DNA from: Macrostomum lignano
Lineage: Eukaryota
Assembly (NCBI GenBank): GCA_002269645.1
Contig: NIVC01000001.1
Location: 2,418,001 to 2,482,000 of the forward strand
Direction of reading: 5' to 3'
DNA: 64,000 nt
In this document: positions 38,779 to 50,842 of the stretch, piece by piece
Numbering within the stretch: the first letter of the stretch is position 1
Layout of the letters: the number at the start of each line of letters is the position of its first letter
The notes under the pieces: model-generated
Database searches by the model: none
What the model was told of the DNA's origin: nothing
Seen by the model: the letters and a program-made list of their open reading frames with translations, nothing else
Position numbers and translations under genes: made by a program

Positions 38779-38830
38779 CATGAGTACTAGCTCTACCAAC
38801 TCTCAAGCAGCGCCAATTAAAATCCCAAAG

Positions 38831-38982
38831 GACCCAAAGTTTGATGACGAGCTCTACGATAAAAATGTCATCCTGGTTGCTCAAGACGACACTCGACAAG
38901 GTCTCCTGGACCCCGTGCTGACCGTGACTCCGCGACCGCCTACTGAGCAGCAGATGAAGCAGGTGCAACAACAGGCTTACAG
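38831..38982 (+). CDS. Putative Mab-21-like protein, exon 2 (acceptor position uncertain)
   Basis: DPKFDDELYDKNVILVAQDDTRQGLLDPVLTVTPRPPTEQQMKQVQQQAY-R, with coding-type codon bias and donor AG|gtatga (phase 2). The phase-0 acceptor cccaaag| at 38830 is the one compatible with the GTGAGG donor. An alternative intron, 38330-38790, also keeps the frame. Confidence 0.62.
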
Positions 38983-39019
38983 GTATGATTATCAGGTAAC
39001 CGTTGTGATTAACAGACAG

Positions 39020-39432
39020 CCACAATGATTATCAGACAGCGGCAGTGATTATCAGAGACCCACAATGATTATCAGACAGCCACAGTGATTATCAGACGCC
39101 CACAATGATTATCAGACGCCCACAATGATTATCAGACAGCCACAATGATTATCAGACGCCCACAATGATTATCAGACGCCCACAATGATTGTCTGACAGC
39201 CACAATGATATCAGACGCCCACAATGATTATCAGACGCCCACAATGATTGTCAGACGCCCACAATGATTATCAGAGACCCACAATGATTATCAGACGCCC
39301 ACAATGATTATCAGAGACCCACAATGATTATCAGACGCCCACAATGATTATCAGAGACCCACAATGATTATCAGACGGCCACAATGATTATCAGACGCCC
39401 ACAATGATTATCAGACGCCCACAATGATTATC
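39020..39432. repeat. Intronic minisatellite, 20-bp unit CACAATGATTATCAGACGCC
   Basis: About 20 copies; the core ATGATTATCAG also occurs at the 5' splice site (GTATGATTATCAG, 38983). Confidence 0.95.
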
Positions 39433-39478
39433 ATTCTTGCATGTCAGCTCATCAACCAGCCGAAACGCCGCACCGCAG

Positions 39479-40088
39479 GCGGCTCAACGCCCTGGCCAAG
39501 CAGCAGGAGGATCAGGCGAAGCTGCAGAAACGGCGGCGCCAGCTCCAGCGGCTGGCCGAGTGCCACCCGACCTACAAAGGCTTCATTCTGCTGCGCCATC
39601 CGCGGCAGCCGCAGCTGCTGGGATTCTGCAGCCAGTGGTCCATGTCCGTCGAGCCTGGCTCGCACTCGGACAGTCACCCCAGCCGGCCCAGCCCCGAGGA
39701 GCTGTTGGGTCTGCTGGAGGTGATGGACAGCTTCGTTGAAGATGTACTTCTCGGCAATGACGGCGGGGGCGGCGGCGGCGGCGGTGGTGGTGGCTGCAAG
39801 CTGAACGTGAGCCTGGACAGCCCCTACCAGTTCCCGGGCAGCTGCGACAGCGTCTTCGGCTGCCTGCAGCTTCCAGCGGCGGCCACCGCAGCGTTCGATC
39901 GGCGGCGTCGCCACGGCGGCTTACTGGAGCAGCTGCCGCAACTGCGGCAGTCCCCGCCGACCGGACCTTCGGCCTCCGCGATGGAGCATCCGGCATCGGC
40001 GACTGACAGCCGGCCGCAGACCGGGCACATCTTTGTGGACCCCAACTACGAGACAGCGGAGGAGACTTCACGCTGCAAGCTGCAGTGA
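39479..40088 (+). CDS. Putative Mab-21-like protein, exon 3 (terminal); total about 582 aa
   Basis: Acceptor accgcag|G (phase 2) matches the exon-2 donor. RLNALAKQ...CHPTYKGFILLRHP...LLGFCSQWSM...EELLGLLEVMDSFVE; stop TGA at 40086-88. Confidence 0.72.
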
Positions 40089-40118
40089 AGCCGTCGGGGC
40101 TGTGAGAGGTCTACGGAA

Positions 40119-40715
40119 GGTTAGGGAGTCAGCTACAGAGGGTTAGGGAGTCAGCTACAGAGGGTTAGGGAGTCAGCTACAGAGGGTTAGGGAGTCAGCT
40201 ACAGAGGGTTAGGGAGTCAGCTACAGAGGGTTAGGGAGTCAGCTACAGAGGGTTAGGGTGTCAGCTACAGAGGGTTAGGGAGTCAGCTACAGAGGGTTAG
40301 GGAGTCAGCTACAGAGGGTTAGGGAGTCAGCTACAGAGGGTTAGGGAGTCAGCTACAGAGGGTTAGGGAGTCAGCTACAGAGGGTTAGGGAGTCAGCTAC
40401 AGAGGGTTAGGGAGTCAGCTACAGAGGGTTAGGGAGTCAGCTACAGAGGGTTAGGGAGTCAGCTACGGAGGGGATGCCAGCTACAGAGTGGATGCCAGCT
40501 ACAGAGGGGATGCCAGCTACAGAGGGGATGCCAGCTACTCGGGGGATGCCAGCTACTCGGGGGATGCCAGCTACTCGGGGGATGCCAGCTACACAGGGGA
40601 TGCCAGCTACACAGGGGATGCCAGCTACACAGGGGATGCCAGCTACACAGGGGATGCCAGCTACAGAGGGGAGGGGATGCCAGCTACACAGAGGATGCCA
40701 GCTACAGAGGGGATG
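40119..40715. repeat. Compound minisatellite: 22-bp GGTTAGGGAGTCAGCTACAGAG (40119-40466), then 18-bp GGGATGCCAGCTACACAG
   Basis: Visible; the first unit carries GGGTTAGGG; both units share CAGCTAC. Confidence 0.95.
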
Positions 40716-41174
40716 TCATATCCAGAGGGTTAGGCCGGGAGTCAGTTACAGAGGCTCAGCTACAGAGGATGCGTCAGCTACAGAGGTGGCAATGTCGCGA
40801 TTCGCGTGTTCGTGCTAAATACCCGATTTATACATTTTTTGCTTCTGTTCTACTCATAGTAGTATCAAGTAGCATCGTTATTTATCCAGCGGTGTCAAGG
40901 ATACATGTAATTATTCGTGTTTTGCATGTCCTGAACTTCCATTATTTTTCGGTCAAATGGGTATATTTTTTTCCTTAGTGATAATTTCAAATGAAAGTAA
41001 AACAAATATACAATAAGACACTTCAGAAGCAAACCTGCCGTTTTCATTTTGATGAATACAAATATAAGTCATCCACTCGAAAAGATATTGATTAAAAAAC
41101 ACTGCATTCAAGTCACTGCGACCGAATTAAAAAAAACAGTACATATCGGGCAATTTGACTTCCTAAGTTCCTTC

Positions 41175-42823
41175 TAAACAGGTTCCAATCCTGTCTAACA
41201 GTTTCCACTCCCGTCTAACAGGTTCCACTCCTGTCTAACAGTTTCCACTCCTGTCTAACAGGTTCCACTCCTGTATAACAGTTTCCACTCCTGTCTAACA
41301 GGTTCCACTCCTGTTTAACAGGTTCCACTCCTGTTTAACAGGTTCCACTCCTGTATAACAGTTTCCACTCCTGTCTAACAGGTTTCACTCCTGTCTAACA
41401 GGTTCCACTCTTGTCTAACAGGTTCCACTTCTGTCTAACAGTTTCCACTCCTGTCTAACAGGTTCCACTCCTGTTTAACAGTTTCCACTTCTAACAGTTT
41501 CCACTCCTGTCTAACAGTTTCCACTCCTGTCTAACAGGTTCCACTCTTGTCTAACAGTTTCCACTCATGTCTAACAGTTTCCACTCCTGTCTAACAGGTT
41601 CCACTCCTGTATAACAGTTTCCACTCCTGTATAACAGTTTCCACTCCTGTCTAACAGGTTCCACTCCTGTTTAACAGGTTCCACTCCTGTATAACAGTTT
41701 CCACTCCTGTCTAACAGGTTCCACTCCTGTTTAACAGGTTCCACTCCTGTCTAAGAGGTTTCACTCCTGTCTAACAGGTTCCACTCTTGTCTAACAGGTT
41801 CCACTTCTGTCTAACAGTTTCCACTCCTGTCTAACAGGTTCCACTCCTGTCTAACAGTCGACACTCCTGTCTAACAGTTTCCACTCCTGTCTAACAGTTT
41901 CCACTCCTGTCTAACAGGTTCCACTCTTGTCTAACAGTTTCCACTCATGTCTAACAGTTTCCACTCCTGTCTAACAGTTTCCACTCCTGTCTAACAGTTT
42001 CCACTCATGTCTAACAGTTTCCACTCATGTCTAACAGTTTCCACTCATGTCTAACAGGTTCCACTCCTGTCTAACAGTTTCCACTCATGTCTAACAGGTT
42101 CCACTCCTGTCTAACAGTTTCCACTCATGTCTAACAGGTTCCACTCCTGTCTAACAGTTTCCACTCCTGTCTAACAGGTTCCACTCCTGTCTAACAGTTT
42201 CCACTCCCCTCTAACAGGTTCCACTCCTGTCTAACAGGTTCCACTCCTGTCTAACAGTTTCCACTCCTGTCTAACAGGTTCCACTCCTGTCTAACAGTTT
42301 CCACTCATGTCTAACAGGTTCCACTCCTGTCTAACAGTTTCTACTCCTGTCTAACAGGTTCCACTCCTGTCTAACAGGTTCCACTCCTGTCTAACAGGTT
42401 CCACTCCTGTCTAACAGGTGACACTCCTGTCTAACAGGTGACACTCCTGTCTAACAGGTGACACTCCTGTCTAACAGGTTCCACTCCTGTCTAACAGGTG
42501 ACACTCCTGTCTAACAGGTGACACTCCTGTCTAACAGTTTCCACTCCCCTCTAACAGGTTCCACTCCTGTCTAACAGGTTCCACTCCTGTCTAACAGGTT
42601 CCACTCCTGTCTAACAGGTTCCACTCCTGTCTAACAGGTGACACTCCTGTCTAACAGGTGACACTCCTGTCTAACAGTTTCCACTCATGTCTAACAGGTT
42701 CCACTCCTGTCTAACAGTTTCCACTCCTGTCTAACAGGTTCCACTCCTGTCTAAAAGGTTCCACTCCTGTCTAACAGGTGACACTCCTGTCTAACAGGTG
42801 ACACTCCTGTCTAACAGGTGACA
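41175..42823. repeat. Satellite, 20-bp unit GGTTCCACTCCTGTCTAACA
   Basis: About 80 copies. Confidence 0.96.
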
Positions 42824-43774
42824 GCAAAAAAGCAAAGAAAAGACTGCAGATTTCACAAAATCCATTTGATAAGCTTTGAACACGCTAATTAAAGAGCTAA
42901 ATAATAATTAATAGTAGTGATGCTTAATAATAATAAGTAGCAATAAATTGTATTTCATAGTAGGTTTACTGATTTCAAAGTGCACAGGAGGAACCAACTT
43001 AACAACTGCAGAATTTCAAATATTTACAAAAAATAAAGACTTGTAGATGGTCAAAATCAATCTCTCGTCGGATCAATCAAAAAGGTGCGGGTAGAGGAGC
43101 AACTGCCACCAGAAACGAAGTTAATAATGAGAAAAAAGCAAAAAAAGTTTCAGAACAGACTGCGAGCAAAAATATATAGAGCGTATTATATATATTACTA
43201 AAGACTGGCCAAGGTAAGCCTAATGAAGCCAGTAGTATATATAGTGTAGAGCATGTATTTTGAAAAAAAATCAGAAATTAAAACAGCTGAAAATATTAGA
43301 TTGTAAATAAAGTTCACACGCTAGAAAAAAAAGTACAGCTAGACAATTTTTTGAAATGATCTTTTAAGCCAACTAACGACTACAGAAATTGTTATACCGA
43401 AAGGAAAAGCTCGCAACCGCAATCCAGTCCGAATGATTATATAACAGCTATTTGCTAAACAAAACTACTATAAGTAATATATCCTAGATAATAATAGCAT
43501 TATTCGGACACAACAGAGACTGTTTAACTGGCTGGCAAAACAATCTGTAGGAAAGAATTCAATCAATCAGAAAAATGGTAGCACAGTAATTATCCTTTAA
43601 ACTTCTCTCTTTACTGGTCAAAAATCGGAGAAGCACTGTGGGTTTCTTTCTCGCTCAAATAGAAACAACATCAAATGAAAATTAGCGGAAAAAAACAAAA
43701 ATCAGGGCAGCTCACGGCTTGCAGCATGCAAATAATCTGCTGGTTGTATTGACTAATTTATGCCGCAGTGAGGG

Positions 43775-44918
43775 ACATGAGAGGCAGGGAGAGGGGACAT
43801 GAGAGGTAGGGAGAGGGGAAATGAGAGGCAGGGGGGATAAGAGGTAGGGAGAGGGGATATGAGAGGCAGGGGGGATGAGAGGTAGAGAGAGGAGAAATGA
43901 GAGGCAGGGGAGATGAGAGGTAGAGGGGAGATGGGAGATGGGAGGTAGGGAAGATAAGAGGCAGGGGAGATGAGAGGTAGATGGGGGGATGGGAGACAGG
44001 GGGAGATAAGAGGCAGGGGAGATGAGAGGCAGGGAGGGTAGATGAGAGGTAGAGGGGAGATGAGAGGCAGGATTGAGAGAGGCAGGGGAGATAAGAGGCA
44101 GGGAGAGGGTAGATGAGAGGTAGAGGGGAGATGAGAGGCACGGGAGATGAGAGGCAGGGATAGATGAGAGGCAGGGGGAGATGAGAGGCAGGGGAGATGA
44201 GAGGCAGGGGGAAATGAGAGGCAGGGGAGATGAGAGGCAGGGGTAGATGAGAGGCAGGGGAGATGAGAGGCAGGGGAAATGAGAGGCAGGGGAGATGAGA
44301 GGTAGATGGGGAGATGGGAGACAGGGGAAGATGAGAGGCAGGGGGAGATGAGAGGTAGAGGCGAGATGAGAGGCAGGGGAGATGAGAGGCAGGGGAGATG
44401 AGAGGCAGGGGAGATGAGAGGCAGGGGAGATGAGAGACAGGGGGAGATGAGAGGCAGGGGAGATGAGAGACAGGGGTAGATGAGAGGCAGGGGAGATGAG
44501 AGACAGGGGGAGATGAGAGGCAGGGGAGATGAGAGGCAGGGGGAGATGAGAGGCAGGGGAGATGAGAGGCAGGGTAGATGAGAGGCAGGGGAGATGAGAG
44601 ACAGGGGGAGATGAGAGGCAGGGGAGATGAGAGGCAGGGGGAGATGAGAGGCAGGGTAGATGAGAGGCAGGGGAGATGAGAGACAGGGGTAGATGAGAGA
44701 CAGGGGAGATGAGAGACAGGGGTAGATGAGAGGCAGGGGAGATGAGAGACAGGGGGAGATGAGAGGCAGGGGAGATGAGAGAGGCAGGGGGAGATGAGAG
44801 GCAGGGGAGATGAGAGGCAGGGGGAGATGAGAGGCAGGGTAGATGAGAGGCAGGGGAGATGAGAGGCAGGGGGAGATGAGAGGCAGGGGAGATGAGAGGC
44901 AGGGGGAGATGAGAGGCA
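43775..44918. repeat. Polypurine minisatellite, 16-17-bp unit GAGAGGCAGGGG(G)AGAT
   Basis: Visible tandem copies. Confidence 0.94.
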
Positions 44919-45369
44919 TAGGGCAAGGGAAACGAGAGACAGGAAAAGAATAAACAGAGCAAGCAGTGGCTAAACCGCAATAGCACTCACTCATCAACAA
45001 GCTTATAATTGAATAATTATATTTAAGAACTAGCATAGCCATCGCTTGCTCAGTGTTAAAATTGACCAAGCAGCCGAAGGTATAAAAGCTTAGCAATTCA
45101 GGCAATCCACCTAGGCAGTGGACAATCCATCAGGCAATCCACTGCACGAAAAGAAGGCATATTGTGTTAATAAGTAATAAAAATGATGCAGAACAGAGCC
45201 TGACTGGGAACAGTGCAAGCTTCAAGCACAAAAAATATGATGAGTTGAAAGAGAAACACAAACACACGAAGACCAAAAAAATTCAAGCGTTAATTCAATA
45301 ATTAAATTCAACGAAGCGATCGCGAATTTGAGAAAATGAAAAATATTGCCTCGCTAGGGAGTTCGGCAA

Positions 45370-45617
45370 TCAGCTCAGGTGGAAGGCCATCTGGCCCTCT
45401 GCCATGGCCTGCAGCAGCTTCTGCCGCATCACCTCAACGGATGAGTAGTCTGGCAGCTTCAGGTAGTTGACGCAGGTGGAGGCTGAGGGCAGGTAGTCAT
45501 CAGCGCTAGCGCCTGAGCTGCTGGACTCCGACTGCTGCTGCTGCTGGGGGTCGGAGCCCAGCACCACGCCGATCTTCTTGGCAACAATGGTTAGCGGCGG
45601 GTTCAGGGCGCGCCAGC
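45370..45617 (-). CDS. TRIP12: E3 ubiquitin ligase TRIP12, coding exon 9 (HECT C-lobe, catalytic Cys)
   Basis: Acceptor cttcag|GC (phase 1); [15 protein letters not shown]...[43 protein letters not shown], the characteristic TRIP12/Ufd4 C-terminus. Confidence 0.95.
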
Positions 45618-45739
45618 CTGAAGGTTCAGGGAGAGTGAGCAGATAGGGTGAGCACTGATAGTCATAAATGCTCTAAGAAGGTGGACTGAGTGGGGGCCTG
45701 GGCCTGAGAATGAGGGAAGGTCTTGGAGCGAGACGGTGG

Positions 45740-45918
45740 CCCAGCAACTGAGGATCTGGGAGGCTGGCCCAAAAACTGAGGATCTGGGAGGCTGGCCCAG
45801 AAACTGAGGATCTGGGAGGCGGTGACCCAGCAACTGGGGATCTGGAAGGCGGTGACCCAGCAACTGAGGATCTGGAAGGCGGTAACCCAGCAACTGGGGA
45901 TCTGGGAGGCGGTGACCT
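45740..45918. repeat. Intronic minisatellite, 30-bp unit GGTGACCCAGCAACTGAGGATCTGGGAGGC
   Basis: About 6 copies in TRIP12 intron 8. Confidence 0.88.
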
Positions 45919-45949
45919 AGGCCAAAAGCAATTCTGCAGGCAGTCGCAC

Positions 45950-46532
45950 CTCCAACGGGCAGCCGCGGCGAGCCGGTGACGAACTGCAGGAAGCCGCGCC
46001 GCTCGGCGGGCCCGAACTCGGACATGACCCGGAACAGCATGCGCACCGCTCGGCTCTCCAGCGTGTAGCCGTGGTCGGGCCGGCAGGCCTCGGCCAGAGC
46101 GCCGACCTCCCAGGCGGAGTCGTCTCGGTCAACAGCGGCGCCGCAAAAGACCAGTTCGAGCTCGTCCGGCCGGAACATGGCCAGGCCGCGCCGGACGCCG
46201 GGGAAAGCGGACTCAAAGCCGGACAGGTAGGCGCGCATTTGGCGCCGAACGCCGTCGCTGAGAGTCCACCTGGCGGCCAGGGTCAGGTAGTCGTCAAGCC
46301 GGTCGATGGTGACGGGGATGCCGGAGCCGGCGGGCAGCAGCTCGACGGCGGGGTAGCCGGGCAGGGTGAAGTCCAGGCCGAGCTCCTCCACTGGGCAGCC
46401 CAGCTCGGCCGTCAGGGCGTTCAGCGCCAGGTCGCGAGTGGCCGGCGTGTGCGACTGGTCGCCGAGGATCTGGCGCCGCCTGTCCGCCACCTGCACTAGC
46501 TGGCGCCAGGTGCGCGCGAGCACCGGGTCCAC
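45950..46532 (-). CDS. TRIP12: TRIP12 coding exon 8 (HECT)
   Basis: VDPVLARTW...EELGLDFTLPGYPAVEL...GVRRQMRAYLSGFESAFP...MFRPDELELVFCG...CRPDHGYT...FLQFVTGSPRLPVGG; ccag| acceptor and G|gtgcga donor. Confidence 0.95.
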
Positions 46533-46614
46533 CTGGCAAAACAGGTGTATTAAAGATCAAATGGGTTAACTAAGTTATTATTAAAAGCTCAATAAAGGTC
46601 ATAAAAACATGAAA

Positions 46615-46935
46615 AGTCATTTGAGGTAATGAAATAAAGCGTCATGAAGAGTCGTTTGAGGTAATGAAATAAAGCGTCATAAAGTCATTTGAGGTCATGA
46701 TATCAAGCGTCATGAAAAGCCATTTGAGGTCATGATATAAAGCGTCATTAAAAGCCATTTGAGGTCATGATATAAAGCGTCATTAAAAGCCATTTGAGGT
46801 CATGATATAAAGCGCCATGAAAAGTCATTTGAGGTCATGATATAAAGCGTCATTAAAAGTCATTTGAGGTCATGATATAAAGCGTCATGAAAAGCCATTT
46901 GAGGTCATGACATAAAGCGTCATGAAAAGCCATTA
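46615..46935. repeat. Intronic minisatellite, 35-bp unit CATTTGAGGTCATGATATAAAGCGTCATTAAAAGC
   Basis: About 9 copies in TRIP12 intron 7. Confidence 0.92.
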
Positions 46936-47018
46936 GAATTCATCGCAAGTCATATATGAGCGTGAGAAGTTAAGTGAGGTCACGAGAGGCAATCGAATGA
47001 AAGCAGCAAGAGGCTCAC

Positions 47019-47891
47019 CAAAGCCAGCATCCTGTACCCGCCAGCGGCCAGCTCGGCCTCCCTACCGAGCAGCCAATAGTAGAAAGCGGGCGACAGCGGC
47101 AGGTCCAGCTTGCGCGAGTCGGCCAAAGCTTTGCCCATGAATCTGCCCAGACTGTGGAATCTGCGAATCAGCCGACGATTGACCGCAGCAGAAGACTGCG
47201 GAGTCGGCCGGGGGTACAGCAGCTCCCGTTGTTCGTCCTGACGCTGACGCCACATGCCCAGATCTGGACGGGCGAATTCCCGGCTAACCAGTGAGTAGAA
47301 CTCCAGGGTGGGGCCCAGGCCGGTGCCGATCTCGCCTTCGTAGCTCACCTCCAGCAGCGGCTGGACTCCGCCTCCGGCGACGCGACCTCCACCGGCTGCG
47401 GGCCGGCGACGGCTTCGGAGGAGTCGCTCGGCCGAGGCCAGCAGATCGCGTCTATTAACTGTGCGCCGGCGCTTCTCCAGCCGGGGCGTCAGCCATCGGC
47501 TCTGCTGCTGCTGATGCTGCTGGTGATGCTGCTGGTGATGCTGCTGTCGCTGATGATGATGGTGCTGGTGCCGACTGGTTGAAGACGAGGACGGCGAAGC
47601 CACGGCGCTGACTGCGGCGGCTGCGGCGGCGGCGGCAGCGGCGTTGGCGGCGGCAGACGAAGCCTGGTCGGAGTTGGCGGCGGCGGCCGAGGCGGCGGCA
47701 GCGGCGGCGGCGGCTCCGTTGACTTCGTGCAGGCGAGCGAGCGCCCGATCTCGATCAAAGTTGAGCACGTAGAGCAGCAGGTGGCGGGCCTCGAACGAGA
47801 GCAGTTGCGGACAGGAGGCGGCCAGGCGGCCAATCCAGGCGGGGGTGTGGCCGGTCAGCAGGGACAGCGGATCGCGCACCTGGCGGATCAC
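47019..47891 (-). CDS. TRIP12: TRIP12 coding exon 7 (start of HECT)
   Basis: VIRQVRDPLSLLTGHTPAW...CPQLLSFEARHLLLYVLNFDRDRAL...LEVSYEGEIGTGLGPTLEFYSLVSREF...LGRFMGKALADSRKLDLPLS; phase-0 GT-AG sites. Confidence 0.95.
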
Positions 47892-47924
47892 CTGCGGATT
47901 GGGATGAAATCGAATAATGATTTG

Positions 47925-48005
47925 TCGGCATGTCAAAATCAAAGTCGGCATGTCAAAATCAAAGTCGGCATGTCAAAATCAAAGTCGGCATGTCAAAATC
48001 AATGT
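47925..48005. repeat. Intronic minisatellite, 20-bp unit GTCGGCATGTCAAAATCAAA, about 4 copies
   Basis: Visible in the 147-nt TRIP12 intron 6. Confidence 0.88.
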
Positions 48006-48038
48006 CGGATCCCCATTAAAAATCATTAAACAGCAAAC

Positions 48039-48293
48039 CTTAGCCGTCAGCTTGGCGCTGACGAACTCGTCCGGATGAAGCAGCGGCCCCCCGGACTTGA
48101 AGGTATCGACCGACACGGCCAGCTGTGAATCGGCCTCGCTGGCATCGAACAGATCCGCGTAGTGACTGTTGGCCGCGTGCAGCACAGACAGCAGACCCAG
48201 CACGGAGCGGCAGGGCTCGGGCACCGGGTCCAGGTGACCCAGCAGCTCCTGACAGCGCTGCCACCAGCCCGGCGACTGCGCCTGCTGCTGCTG
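48039..48293 (-). CDS. TRIP12: TRIP12 coding exon 6
   Basis: ...SVLGLLSVLHAANSHYADLF...DEFVSAKLTAK; donor AAG|gtttgc; acceptor tcttcgcag| with NAGNAG ambiguity. Confidence 0.88.
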
Positions 48294-48364
48294 CTGCGAA
48301 GACATTACCGATGATGAAGACGACAGGGCTCGCTGGCTTCCGCGACGCTGCGACTGGAACTAAC

Positions 48365-50581
48365 GATGACGGCGGCCGTCGAGCTCGATGTCGTCGCTGT
48401 TGCGGCCGCTGCCGGAGTTGCGGCCGCAGCAGCCTGCCTATAGCGGTAGTAGATAGCGTGAGTCCGGCTCCACAGAGCACTCACACCGTCCTGCTCAACG
48501 TCGGCGTCCAAATCGGCTGCAGAGACGCCAACAAAGTCGTTGCTATCGGAACTGCCGGCGCCGACGCCGAGCGAGTACACGCGCACCGCCTGCAGCATCG
48601 ACATGCCCGATGGCAGCACCGAGTCCCCGATGAGCAGCTCCAGCCGGGGTCGGGACCGTCGCCGCCTGCCGGGATCGCCGTCGGCCTCTTCATCGTCCTG
48701 CTCGCCGCCGCCGCCGCCAACGTCATCGTCGTATTCTTCGTCGACGTCATCGTCGTCGAAACTGTCCAGGCCGCCGTAGTTTCCGCTGCCGCGTCGGCTG
48801 CCGCCGCTGCTGCTGCCGATCGCGGCAGCGCCGGAGGACGAGCCGGCCGAGCCCATTCGATGGCTGGACGGCGGCGCCACGCCGCGACTGCGATTGGTGC
48901 CGCTAGCGGAAGCTGCGGCCCCGGCGGCGGAAGTGTCGGCGCTTCCATCCTCATCAGGCAGCTCTTCGTCGTCATCGTCTTCGCCAGCCTCTTCGCAGTC
49001 GTCTTCGTCGTCGAATTCATCGTCGAAATCGTTTTCCTCATCGAGCTCCTCGTCCTCGTCGCCGCGGTCGTCAGCATCCAATTCGACATCGTCGTCAGCG
49101 CCGACATCTTCATCATCATCGTCGTCGTCGTCTTCATCTTCGTCGTCGTCGTCTTGAAAGTCGGCCAGCCGCTCAGACAGATAGCGCTCGACGGTGCGCA
49201 CAAGCGCCAGCGGGTCTACGCGCACAGGGCCGGCGGACGCGACGGCGGAGGCTCCGCCAGCTGAGCCGGAGTTCTGCTGATGCCGGACCAGGCGGCACCG
49301 CAGCTGCCTGCCAGCCAGCAAGCCTAGCGAGGCCGTGTCCCGCACTGGGAACAGGTCCGCAGACTGGTGCAGACAGGCCAGCAGGCGGCAGATGAGGGCG
49401 CGGAATGCGGCAGGCGGGCGGCGTTGATGAGCGCCGAATGCGACTAGAAGGTCGCGCAGCGGGCGAAGATGCTGGCGCTGATGTTCGGGCTGGGCCAACA
49501 GGCAGCGGAGCAGGCGGGGCAACAGGCCGCAGTTGAGCAGCTCGTACGGGCTCAGGTCGGCGCAGCTCAAGTCTGAGGAGGTCGCTGACGTGGCTGCGAC
49601 GGTTGAAGCTCCTGAACGGTGTCGGCGGCGTTGCAGACGCTGCGGCTGCTGGCTGCTGGGCTGCGGGTGGCCGGCGCCCGCGATGAGGCTGGCCAGCTCA
49701 GACATGCCGTCAGGCAGGCGGCGGGCCAGCTGCGCCAGTCGAGCAGCGGCAGCGGCGGCAGCGGCGGCGTCGTTCTCAAAGCTGGCGCAACCGGATGGCG
49801 AAGAGGCAACAGCGGCAGAGTCGCCGCCGCCCGTCTCCAGCAGGCGATACCGACGGAGCAGGCGGGCCGCCTCGTCGCGAACGGCGATGCGCAGCTGCTC
49901 GGAGGCTCCAGTTGACGACGGCGCAACGGGCAGCGGAGGAAACAACGATTGCGGCTGAGGCGGCGGTGGCGGCGGAGGCGGCTGGCATCGGCGGCGCCTT
50001 CGCTGCTGAGGCTCCTGCAGCTCGGCTGGCGGAGGCGCCGGCGTCGGCTGCTGTACAGCCTGAGTGAGCTGGAACATCGGATGCTCCCCGTTGGCGATTT
50101 TCTCCAGGCCGTGGGCGACGCCGTGACGACGCAGGCAGACTCGCAGGCCGGGCAGCAGCGACGACAGCTGCAACAGCCGGTCGGCCAGCTGGACGGCCCC
50201 GGCCGCTAGCCGGATATCTCGGCCAGCCAGCAGGGCGGCCAGCGTGCAGGCGGGCCCGGGCAGCAAGCCGGACAGAGTCGGACGCAGCAGTCCGGGATGG
50301 CTGGCGGCCACCAGGCGGATGAGGGCCTGCAGGCAGGCCAGCCGCAGCTGCTGGCTGGGCGAGTCGGCCAGGGCATCCAGCAGCGGGTTGAGCAGCGAGT
50401 TCACCAGCCTGGCCGCCAAGTCGCCGCCGTTGGCTAGCAGTTCGGCGCGGGCGTCGATCGCGGCGGCGGCAGCGGCTGATGATGCGCCAGATGAGCTCGA
50501 CTGACGGGCCAGCGGCTGCTGCTGCTGATCAGCTACTAGGCGGCGTTGGATTGGTCGCGTACTGCCGGTGTCTTCGTTTAC
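48365..50581 (-). CDS. TRIP12: TRIP12 coding exon 5 (2217 bp; end of WWE, ARM/HEAT repeats, acidic tract)
   Basis: VNEDTGSTRPIQRRL...LRLACLQALIRLV...LSPYELLNCGLL...GPVRVDPLALVRTVERYL...RLELLIGDSVLPSGMSMLQAVRVY...LWSRTHAIYYR; donor ATC|gttagt opens a 71-nt intron. Confidence 0.9.
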
Positions 50582-50842
50582 CTGCGTGGCGATTGCGCAA
50601 CAAGCGGTTTCTTTTGGGGTATTGAAAATACTGATTGAAAATTCCCAGAAAATACTAATTGAATATACCCGTAGGCAAGTAATTGATGGGAAATCCCCTA
50701 AAAAGGCATTAATGGGAAATCCACTAAAAAAGCATTAATGGGAAATCCCTAATAAGGAATACAGGTGACTGATGGGAAGTCCCCAAAAAAGGATTTACTG
50801 CTGATAGAAAATCACCCCTACACTAAACAAGCCGCCACTAAC

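Noticed and set aside
37573-39028. 408-aa (minus) and 464-aa (plus, alternative frame) ORFs over the Mab-21-like gene
   Set aside because: Shadow frames of GC-rich coding DNA extended by the 12-bp array.
43712-45105. 424- and 450-aa Pro/Ser/Leu-rich minus ORFs downstream of TRIP12
   Set aside because: Translations of the polypurine minisatellite.
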